Origin: a virus
Taxonomy: Duplodnaviria > Caudoviricetes
Length of the DNA stretch: 64,000 nt
Virus record (IMG/VR): IMGVR_UViG_3300031998_000011
Location: 115,397-179,396 of that record
Direction: 5' to 3' (one strand)
Shown here: positions 56,201-64,000 of the stretch, piece by piece
Position numbering within the stretch: the stretch's first letter is position 1
Layout of the letters: every line of letters begins with the position of its first letter
Translations under genes and position numbers: made by a program
Notes under the pieces: generated by a model
The model's input: the letters and a program-made list of their open reading frames with translations, nothing else
Databases searched by the model: none
Told to the model about the DNA's origin: nothing

Positions 56201-56755
56201 ATGGCTGAGCGCATAAGAGTTTTCAATCAGACTGGTGGCATATCCTTCCAGCCGATACCGGATGCGAACACGTCATTCCTGACGATAACACCGGTGCGTA
56301 CTGCACAGTATTTCCGTGAGGGTACTACAGTCGGTGGCACCAATGAAGCAGGGAGGCTGCGTGCGCTGTATGCACACATGCCGGTCACTGGAGTCCATAT
56401 CCAGCAGTCTGTTGACATGAGCATCGCCAAGACGCTCAATGCTGACTTTCTGGTGTCCGAGTTTGGCGATGCTCCAGTTCAGATCATGCTTCAGGGTGTG
56501 AACTTCTACGGGAACGTCGTCTGCAGTGGCGGTTCTATGCAGCACAAGCAGATCATGGACTTCTATGAGGCGAATAAGCTGAGCGCCAATATCAAGAACC
56601 GCATTGACATCAGCATTACACCTTCTGTTTCGCCGAAGAGCGGCGTATTCCGCTGTGTGCTCTTCAAACTCAAGACGCAGACGCCCATAAAAGAAGGACA
56701 GGGCATCATTCCGGCATATACATATGAACTGGACCTGATAGGAGTCAGACGATGA
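56201..56755 (+). CDS. Probable tail tube initiator/baseplate protein
   Basis: After tape measure; tube-like FGDAPVQIMLQG motif. Confidence 0.5.
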   Translation: MAERIRVFNQTGGISFQPIPDANTSFLTITPVRTAQYFREGTTVGGTNEAGRLRALYAHMPVTGVHIQQSVDMSIAKTLNADFLVSEFGDAPVQIMLQGVNFYGNVVCSGGSMQHKQIMDFYEANKLSANIKNRIDISITPSVSPKSGVFRCVLFKLKTQTPIKEGQGIIPAYTYELDLIGVRR

Positions 56756-57201
56756 TTGAGATCAATAAGCTCTACGGAATCCTGCATGGTGCGGTGTCCG
56801 CAGCAGGTGCTTACCAGTGGTACGAGAAGAAGTTCACGGTCTGCAAGTCCAACGACAAGATCAACAATATTCTGGCTGTCATCTGCCTCACGGTACCGGA
56901 AGCCAGACGTGCTATGTTTGCCTGTCTTATCTGCCACGCGGTACTCAGCACGATCTTCGGCAAGGAGATCCAAGAACTCGACCCTGTGAATACCTATGTC
57001 CCAGTGGGCAGGCCTCCTGAAAGCGGAAATGATGATCAGCGGTTCTGTCTGTTTGATCTCATAGGCTCTACCCAGTCTTACCAGGCGCTGAAAGAGTACC
57101 TGGATGATGACATCAAGGCGAAGCTCCAGGCTCCTACCTTTATTGACTACATAGCAGCAGGTTGCCTGCAGATACTCAGGGAACTCCGTAATGAAGCGTG
57201 A
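56752..57201 (+). CDS. Hypothetical baseplate-region protein
   Basis: ATGA overlap; 149 aa. Confidence 0.65.
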   Translation: MIEINKLYGILHGAVSAAGAYQWYEKKFTVCKSNDKINNILAVICLTVPEARRAMFACLICHAVLSTIFGKEIQELDPVNTYVPVGRPPESGNDDQRFCLFDLIGSTQSYQALKEYLDDDIKAKLQAPTFIDYIAAGCLQILRELRNEA

Positions 57202-59170
57202 TCTCAGTGCCCATTCCAACGGCGTACTGCTGCTTGGGGTACATAATCTGAAAAATGCGTCCGGCTCTTCTAAGCCGGCTATGTTCTGCTGCACATCTGC
57301 GGATTACACGATGGGCATGAACGAGTTACCAACACTGAACCTTATTGTGGGTCAAGGTGAACCGATATCCGGTGAAGGTGCAACACACAGAGATAGTGAC
57401 GGCAGTCTTACAATGCTCATAGAGCAGGGCGTTGCAAAGCGCTGGGAAGACGCCAAACTGTTGCGTTGCACTTTGTATGAGGCAGATAACGACGGCACAC
57501 GCAAGAGCGCTATTTTCAAAGGCTACATAATCAGTGTTACAGAGCTTGTGAAGACCAGTGGTAATTCGACACGTTCTGTGAGAGTGCTCTGTATGGGTAT
57601 CGGGGCTATGCTCCATATTGCGCCGATTGCCGGCTACAGACAGACCATCGGTTCAATCATGGTCAACGGAGCCCAGGGACAGGCAGAGCTGCCTACAAAC
57701 GGTGTTGCACAAACTGGTTTCGTGGATCCGTTTGTGTATCTGGAAGGCGAGACGGCGGACAATCTTGTAGAGAACTACAGCAAGGATCTGCTCGGACAGG
57801 ACATCCTGACGAAAGCAGCCTATCTGTCCAATGCCATTGTTGAGCATAGCCGTAATGAGGATGTAACCAGCCTTGATACACTGTCGCAGAAGATCGCGGA
57901 GTCCAAGGATACTGGCGAGTTACACCTGGATGACAATACACTGCATATCAAAAGTTGTCTGTGGTGTGACTATGCTGTGAACACTGACGTGCTGCACAAG
58001 ACAGGAGCTGAGAAGAGTTTTAATCGGCATCTTTGTAATGCTCTGATTGATAACCTGCAACGCAGTTCTGTACTGGCGTCGCTGGTCGGCGTTCTCAGCA
58101 GCATGGATTTCCTGATGAATGTGGTTCCGCACTTCGTCTACGGAGGCTCTGCTGACGACTTCCGTATGGAGCTGATCCCGTCTGAGGCGTGGAACGCAAC
58201 GGACATCCTGACGATTCCGGACATGTTCGTTACAGGCTGCAACACGGTGCTGAACCACATGGAGCACCTGAACGATCCGGAAGTCCTGGTTGTTGATTAC
58301 TCGGACGGTGTTGGTGACACGGATGGATCTCAGACCAGCGGGCAGTCTACCGGTCTGTTTGGTGTATTCTCCCTGAACAAGGATGTCGCAGACTGGGCTC
58401 GTTTGCGGTACACCAGTGACAGAAACGTGAAGTGGCTGGAGCAGGCCAAGCGCAACATGGAGTCCAATTACTACAAGACACGGTTCTTCCGGGCTCCGGC
58501 ATGGCTGGATTTCGCATATCTCACAGATGATGTTTCAGCGGCTGTCAAAAAGACTCCGGAAGACGAACCGGACAACGACAATGAAGCCAAGGGCGGCTAC
58601 AAGACACTGACCAGCCAACAGCAGGCCGATTTCCAGCGCAGAGCACAGATTGCAGACCTGATTGCAGAGGCTATGTTCGTGTTCCTGCACGGGGCATCCG
58701 ATGTTGCCACTTTCCAGCTGACGTCTGACATTCGATTCGGTCTGAATGACTCCATCGGCTGCCTGGAAAACCATATTGGAAAGGCTGTCGATATCAAGGG
58801 CTACCGTGGTATTCTGCGACAGGTCCGATACACATATACGTCCGGTGCCTCTACAAATAGCACCTACAGCATTGTCCTGGAGCGTGTGCGTCTGATCAAC
58901 AGGAATGAGCCACATGTCAAGTGCCAGCTCTACAAGAAGCTGAATAAGAACACAGGGTCCTCTGGTATGAACAGCCTGTGGGGTGACAGCTCGTCAGGTT
59001 CCGCATCCACGTTCTCCGCTGCGCACAGTGCAATAAACAACCTGCTCGGTTCTGCTGATACCAACTTCAGTGCAACACACTCAGCAGTAAGTGGTCTGCT
59101 CGGTTCGCAGTCGTCATTCGACAGGAACGCAGCAAACGTAGCCCAGCAGATCTACAGTGCTTTTCATTAA
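57191..59170 (+). CDS. Probable baseplate hub protein
   Basis: AIFKGYIISV...VRVLC hub-like N-terminus; C-terminal 18-aa duplication. Confidence 0.5.
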   Translation: MKRDLSAHSNGVLLLGVHNLKNASGSSKPAMFCCTSADYTMGMNELPTLNLIVGQGEPISGEGATHRDSDGSLTMLIEQGVAKRWEDAKLLRCTLYEADNDGTRKSAIFKGYIISVTELVKTSGNSTRSVRVLCMGIGAMLHIAPIAGYRQTIGSIMVNGAQGQAELPTNGVAQTGFVDPFVYLEGETADNLVENYSKDLLGQDILTKAAYLSNAIVEHSRNEDVTSLDTLSQKIAESKDTGELHLDDNTLHIKSCLWCDYAVNTDVLHKTGAEKSFNRHLCNALIDNLQRSSVLASLVGVLSSMDFLMNVVPHFVYGGSADDFRMELIPSEAWNATDILTIPDMFVTGCNTVLNHMEHLNDPEVLVVDYSDGVGDTDGSQTSGQSTGLFGVFSLNKDVADWARLRYTSDRNVKWLEQAKRNMESNYYKTRFFRAPAWLDFAYLTDDVSAAVKKTPEDEPDNDNEAKGGYKTLTSQQQADFQRRAQIADLIAEAMFVFLHGASDVATFQLTSDIRFGLNDSIGCLENHIGKAVDIKGYRGILRQVRYTYTSGASTNSTYSIVLERVRLINRNEPHVKCQLYKKLNKNTGSSGMNSLWGDSSSGSASTFSAAHSAINNLLGSADTNFSATHSAVSGLLGSQSSFDRNAANVAQQIYSAFH

Positions 59171-59202
59171 GACAGGACGTTACAGGTAAATAGAGGTGAC
59201 AC

Positions 59203-60009
59203 ATGGAAAACATCTTCGATAAGATCAAAAAGGTAACGCCCAAAGCGACTGCAGAAGAACTGGAGCAGCTGGACGAAGACATTACTGTCGCGCCCATTGA
59301 GCAGTTCAAGACCAAGACGCTCAAGAACCTGGTCCTGGACTGGCAGAAGGACCAGACGCCGGAGAAAACGTCGTTCATGCTGAAGAAGCTGAAGCCGACT
59401 ATCAACTCGGCGCTTACCAGTTTTGCTCCAGGCATGGAAAAGTCCCTGTACATCAAGGCCACAAAGCTGGCTCTCGATGCGGCCCGTTCCTACGATCCAT
59501 CCTACGGCACGGATCCCAGTACCCATGTGTTCCATACCCTGAAGCGCCTGTACCGGTTCGGTGCCAAGCGCAACAACATCATGCCGGTCTCTGAACGCAG
59601 TTATGCTGAGTCACGTTATGTCAAGGAACTGGCCGCTGAGTTCGAGGATCAGAAAGGTCGCGAGCCTTCCGCGATGGAACTGGCTGATCGCTCTGGATTC
59701 TCTCTGAAGAAGATCAACAAGATTCTCGACCAGAACAAGATCAGGAACGACAGCTCCACAATCAACCCAGAGACACATCAGTCCTATGTTGGTATGTCCG
59801 ACCTGGATGACGACGATTACTTTGAGTATGTCTATGCCAGCGTCGGTCCCATTGACCAGAAGATCATGGAATGGTCCTCCGGCAAGCACGGCCGGCCGCT
59901 TCTGTCTAACACAGCAATCGCCCAGAAACTTCATGTCACACCGGCTGCCGTATCACAGCGCCGCGCCAAGATCATGGGCATGATGTCTGATGTCAGGAGC
60001 ATGTTATGA
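59203..60009 (+). CDS. Sigma-70 family (FliA/SigF-like) sigma factor
   Basis: Region 2-like AARSYDPSYGTDPSTHV; region 3 GREPSAMELADRSGFS; region 4 HTH NTAIAQKLHVTPAAVSQR. Confidence 0.75.
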   Translation: MENIFDKIKKVTPKATAEELEQLDEDITVAPIEQFKTKTLKNLVLDWQKDQTPEKTSFMLKKLKPTINSALTSFAPGMEKSLYIKATKLALDAARSYDPSYGTDPSTHVFHTLKRLYRFGAKRNNIMPVSERSYAESRYVKELAAEFEDQKGREPSAMELADRSGFSLKKINKILDQNKIRNDSSTINPETHQSYVGMSDLDDDDYFEYVYASVGPIDQKIMEWSSGKHGRPLLSNTAIAQKLHVTPAAVSQRRAKIMGMMSDVRSML

Positions 60010-60368
60010 AGCACTCCAAGGAAATCCTGCTCCTGGCTACCAAGATAGAACGTGCGGCTCTGCACACGATTCTGTCCGCTGTCTCCAGGCGGTACCAGAA
60101 AGAAGTGGCGCCCACAATGCCGTCCAGAGCAGAATCGGATTCCAAATATGCCGAAGAACTGCAGGGATTTGGAGTCAATTCCACAAAGTCCACAGCAGAA
60201 ACAGCGACGGCAGTGCGCTCAGTGCATGAAGCCTCCCGTGCCCAGCGAGACGTTGAAATCATCAATACAGGGCACAAGGGTCTGATGCTGGCATGCCTGG
60301 TGAATGCTGTGATGCGCTCTGAGAAACTGGAACGTGAGATCAAAGCAATCGAGGAGTCTCCGCAATGA
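60006..60368 (+). CDS. Hypothetical protein
   Basis: ATGA overlaps on both sides. Confidence 0.65.
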   Translation: MKHSKEILLLATKIERAALHTILSAVSRRYQKEVAPTMPSRAESDSKYAEELQGFGVNSTKSTAETATAVRSVHEASRAQRDVEIINTGHKGLMLACLVNAVMRSEKLEREIKAIEESPQ

Positions 60369-60739
60369 AAGACCTCCAGATTATACCGGCTGAAGAAGGC
60401 GCTGTCGAGTTCTATCCGAGAACAGCATCTGAGGACACAGGGCTGATGCTTCTGCAGAGGCTCTATGTCATGCTCTTCAGTGACGGTGCTACAGGCTACA
60501 GACAGGGCGATGGCGGATACACGCTGTGGAACTTTATTGAAGGCGGAAATATCCCAATCAAGGAAGTCTTCGATGCAGTCCTGGCTACCAGTTGTGCCTC
60601 TGCTGTGAACATGCTGGATGAGTCAGACAGAGAACTTATAGCCAGCTTCACCGGTGAGGGCTTCGAGGATGGCTCTGCATTACTCACGCTGATACTGCAA
60701 GACGGAACAACAGTGAAAGGAAAGCTGAACAATGGCTGA
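60365..60739 (+). CDS. Probable gp25-like baseplate wedge/sheath initiator
   Basis: 124 aa, just upstream of the baseplate J-like gene; LLQRLYVMLFS...G pattern. Confidence 0.5.
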   Translation: MKDLQIIPAEEGAVEFYPRTASEDTGLMLLQRLYVMLFSDGATGYRQGDGGYTLWNFIEGGNIPIKEVFDAVLATSCASAVNMLDESDRELIASFTGEGFEDGSALLTLILQDGTTVKGKLNNG

Positions 60740-62279
60740 TTACATAGAACCCACACAGAGCTCATTCAATAATGCCGAGAACACGGCAGCCGATGCTCTG
60801 GCGCAGTCGTCTCCCAACCTGATCACAAAGGCTGGTTCCGTCATCAGAGAACTCATTGTCCGGCCGGCTGCCTACCTTATGGCCTGGTCCAGGGATAACT
60901 TCCTGAACATGCTGGCGCAGTCCAGTGTCATGTATCTGAAAACATCCCAGGCTACAGAGAACCCAGTCGCTGATATGGTGGCATCCAATTACTTTGTCAC
61001 CAGGCTTCAGGGGACCAGCGCACGCGGTATCCTGACGCTTACACTGGCCCAGCCGGTCCTGCGCATTACAAGAGGCTCGCAGTTCGTCGTAGGCGGTGCT
61101 ACGATGGTGACGCCTGAGCAGTACCTGATTACCAATGGCGATACATCGGGAACAACATCGAATTTCACATACATCAAGTCAGTTCCCTACGGGGACTACT
61201 GGATTGCCAATGTTCCTGTTGTTAGCGCGATGCCTGGTCAACTGGAGCTTCCGGTTGGCAGCTCTGTCACAATCGGGTTCAGTACCAGCATTATCATTGA
61301 TGCAGAATTAACCAGCCCGGTTACTGGTGGTTCCAACGTTGAAACAGATGCCGAACTCATGGCTCGCGCCGAATACAACACTGCAGAGTCTGGCATCGGT
61401 TCTTTCTATGGACTGCAGAAGAAGTTCTCCAAGGCACCTGTCGCTGTGCTTGGTTTATCTGTTGCAGCTGGTGAAGACACACCGCTGCTGCGCTCCAGAT
61501 TCAACAACGTGAACATCAATCCGGGCGGCATCGTGGACTGCTATGTGAAGACAGCAAAGCAGGCGACAACAGACAATTTCCAGGTCACATGCACCAGGGT
61601 ATCCACAGAAGACGGTGACACATACGTCGGCGAAGTGCCAGCCAAGTGTGTCCTGAATGTGAACTCCATCATCGTTGGTGGTGCTACGATCAAGACGTTT
61701 ACACAGCGGTTTACTTCCAGCAGCCCGTCTGTGCCGGATGAAGGAGCGCGGCTCTCTATTCTGCAGAAGACCTATGTTGTATTCGCTGCCGGCAACATCA
61801 CCGGAGCTACAGTGGATGCCACAGTGTCCTGCACCTACATACCAGGTATCGAAGCATTGCAGCAGTACATCGACGCCGACGAGGAGCATTTCATTGGCCA
61901 GGATACGCTGGTCAAGGCTGCTGTTCCCGTTGAGATTTCCCTGCGCTGCGGATACTCAGCCAGTGCCATGCTGGCAGATGATCAGGTCGCGCTTCTGCGA
62001 CAGACCATCGCGGACTACATCAACAGTATCCCTGTAGGTACCAGAGCCATCAACTTCTCGGACATTCGAACTACATGCGCCACTGCTGTTCCAGCCGCAG
62101 ACCTGCGTCTACCCTGTGTGATGACGGGACGGGCCAGCACCAAATCAGGGGCCGTGGACACCTTCTACAACAACACAGGCATATTCGATATCGCGGATCC
62201 CGCCAACGATGATTTCTGGGACTTCCAGGCTTGCTTCTTCAGCATCACAGTTGAGAATATCAGGGTGGAGGCCGTATGA
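60732..62279 (+). CDS. Baseplate J-like wedge protein
   Basis: GSVIRELI, RLQGTSARG, VTGGSNVETDAELMAR, GIVDCYV. Confidence 0.85.
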   Translation: MADYIEPTQSSFNNAENTAADALAQSSPNLITKAGSVIRELIVRPAAYLMAWSRDNFLNMLAQSSVMYLKTSQATENPVADMVASNYFVTRLQGTSARGILTLTLAQPVLRITRGSQFVVGGATMVTPEQYLITNGDTSGTTSNFTYIKSVPYGDYWIANVPVVSAMPGQLELPVGSSVTIGFSTSIIIDAELTSPVTGGSNVETDAELMARAEYNTAESGIGSFYGLQKKFSKAPVAVLGLSVAAGEDTPLLRSRFNNVNINPGGIVDCYVKTAKQATTDNFQVTCTRVSTEDGDTYVGEVPAKCVLNVNSIIVGGATIKTFTQRFTSSSPSVPDEGARLSILQKTYVVFAAGNITGATVDATVSCTYIPGIEALQQYIDADEEHFIGQDTLVKAAVPVEISLRCGYSASAMLADDQVALLRQTIADYINSIPVGTRAINFSDIRTTCATAVPAADLRLPCVMTGRASTKSGAVDTFYNNTGIFDIADPANDDFWDFQACFFSITVENIRVEAV

Positions 62280-63670
62280 ACTGGGTAAGACGGATCAGGT
62301 TCCTTCTGGGTGCCTTCTGGTACCGGATTTTCGACGACCAAGATTTTGTACTTGGAGTTGAATTTTTCCTCAGCGTGTTCTACAAGTGTACGGGCTACCT
62401 GCTCGATAACTGGGTTGCCGGCATGTTTCCAATGCTTCCGACGGTGTATCCAGACGATATGCCGTTTGCTGTTCTCCTGGACCTTAACTCTTTGCATCGT
62501 GAATGGTTTACGTGGAAACAGTTTGTCAACAAGGACGTGACAGTAGCCGCTGGTCAGCATATCGGGAAGCCGACAGACGACGACTATGTGACACTGCACA
62601 GCGACGGCAGAGGCTGGGTTATGGATGTTGTGAGCAACACTCAGGAACCGGATTATCTGGTCGATCACCTGTACCGTGGAGAACTTGCCCTGACAAATGG
62701 GGCTGATTTCATATTTTCCGGCAATCAGATCCTGTTCTTCACAGACCCGACCAAGCTCAATATTCCGGCTGTGAAGGTTACGACTGCGGATGGTGAGCTG
62801 AAAGTCTATTTACAACTTACTGGAATTGTCGAGCGAGTTGTAAATAGCTACGATGCTATCAGTGGGTTCATGTCGCCGGAACTGAATGACTGTGCTTCTG
62901 TTGTTTGGGATATTCACCAGAACGGGGCTACCTACTACAATGCAAAGAAGTTGCTTGCGGCTGTGACAGACAGTGTTGTCTGTGACGAGGAAGGTGCCAT
63001 CAACGAACTTTGGCAGGAACAGGGCTGGAACTTTGCACGTGTGAACGACAAGATCTACGAATCGAAACTGCCATGCAATTTGCATGCCGGCGATGATGTA
63101 AGGAAGGGAACCGTGCTGTTTGGCACGATGAAGTTCTACAAGGGTTCGGAGAAACCGGCTGCCAGCGAGATTCCTGGTGTTCGGGTTCGTACGGATGCCG
63201 GTGAGCTGGTCGCGGAGAACAGCACCAAGGATCTGGTCAACATAACTGGAACGACAGCTAATGTGCTGCCCTTGACAGGCGATGCTCCGACACTTCTGAA
63301 GTATCTGAACATCTGTATCCATAACAGTCTGAATGAGAAATGCCCATATATACAGGTACAATCGGACGATCCGGACATGCCAGCCGGCAAGATAAACCCG
63401 TACGACTTTGTGATGCGCCAGTTACGTAGAGGGCGCACATGTGCTGTCCGTCTGACGGCGATTTCACTCACCAAACTGGAAGCCGCGATTCAGGTACTAC
63501 GTAAGAGCACGAATCTCGGCGGCCTCCTGACTCTTTATGTAAAGGATTCGACCGACACTGCTAATGTAACCCTGTCGGGCTTTACAGCCGACGCTGGAAT
63601 GGGCGTCGTCGCTGTGGACGCCACCGTAACGATACAGGGACAAGCAGCAGAGGCCAGAATCCTTCCATGA
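62276..63670 (+). CDS. Baseplate wedge protein (follows J)
   Basis: 464 aa; LGAFW start; position. Confidence 0.55.
   Translation: MNWVRRIRFLLGAFWYRIFDDQDFVLGVEFFLSVFYKCTGYLLDNWVAGMFPMLPTVYPDDMPFAVLLDLNSLHREWFTWKQFVNKDVTVAAGQHIGKPTDDDYVTLHSDGRGWVMDVVSNTQEPDYLVDHLYRGELALTNGADFIFSGNQILFFTDPTKLNIPAVKVTTADGELKVYLQLTGIVERVVNSYDAISGFMSPELNDCASVVWDIHQNGATYYNAKKLLAAVTDSVVCDEEGAINELWQEQGWNFARVNDKIYESKLPCNLHAGDDVRKGTVLFGTMKFYKGSEKPAASEIPGVRVRTDAGELVAENSTKDLVNITGTTANVLPLTGDAPTLLKYLNICIHNSLNEKCPYIQVQSDDPDMPAGKINPYDFVMRQLRRGRTCAVRLTAISLTKLEAAIQVLRKSTNLGGLLTLYVKDSTDTANVTLSGFTADAGMGVVAVDATVTIQGQAAEARILP
62343..62365. repeat. Dispersed 23-bp palindrome, degenerate copy
   Basis: ATTTTGTACTTGGAGTTGAATTT; 4 mismatches to consensus. 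Confidence 0.45.
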
Positions 63671-64000
63671 GCAAGTGGACATTTCAAAGAGGCGGTAACA
63701 GGGTTATCGCCGATATTCTCAGCGGCTCCGGCGAGAAGCTGAACGGTATCTATATCACCTATGCAGGAGCAGATGCTGAAGCGGCTCCTGAAGTAGATCG
63801 AAAGTTCTTCGAATACCTGGCGAAACGGTCTGCCTGTGGCTATGCCAGAATACCTGTGAGAAGCTGTTCCGTGTCTGCAGACGGTAGCATGTTGTTCACT
63901 GGTTTGTTATCCGCTTCGGATCTTATAGGGTCCAAACCGACCAAGCGGTCCCGGATCACGACGGCAACTCTGGTGTCCATGAACGAGGACCCGACGAAGG
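63667..64000 (+). CDS. Baseplate/tail-fibre attachment protein, truncated by the window end
   Basis: ATGA overlap; frame open to the end (MSKWTFQRGGNRVIADIL...). Confidence 0.6.
   Translation, partial: MSKWTFQRGGNRVIADILSGSGEKLNGIYITYAGADAEAAPEVDRKFFEYLAKRSACGYARIPVRSCSVSADGSMLFTGLLSASDLIGSKPTKRSRITTATLVSMNEDPTK

Noticed and set aside
1-64000. tRNA, rRNA, integrase, terminase, DGR/reverse transcriptase, or nuclear-shell/tubulin genes
   Set aside because: No supporting motifs recognised by eye in this window. They may lie elsewhere in the genome or be too diverged to spot.

Overview
64 kb segment of a large tailed (myovirus-type) bacteriophage. Almost all genes are on the + strand. Left part (1-9.9 kb) is an early/accessory region: an AIDA-like beta-helix gene, promoter+terminator cassettes, a tandem array of about nine small SH3-like/coiled-coil genes and an RtcB RNA ligase. 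At 9.9-10.5 kb there is a small switch region with a minus-strand HTH gene, a candidate sRNA and a candidate small peptide. The head module (11-43 kb) has a probable portal, then about 25 kb of Gly-rich membrane-type and K-x-A-motif proteins interleaved with a three-piece multisubunit RNA polymerase (beta N-fragment; beta-beta' fusion with an intein; beta' C-fragment), then prohead protease, scaffold, decoration and major capsid genes. Neck, contractile tail (sheath, tube, chaperone with a -1 slippery site, tape measure) and baseplate follow, with a sigma-70-family gene inside the baseplate cluster. The strongest unexplained signals are (i) a 23-bp palindrome ATTTT-S-AACTT-S-AAGTT-S-AAAAT dispersed at 7-16 kb intervals, mostly inside genes, and (ii) the K-x-A-tagged cargo block of RNAP plus membrane-hairpin proteins, suggesting a packaged, protease-matured transcription/membrane machine. 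All assignments come from manual motif recognition and gene order; no database searches were run.
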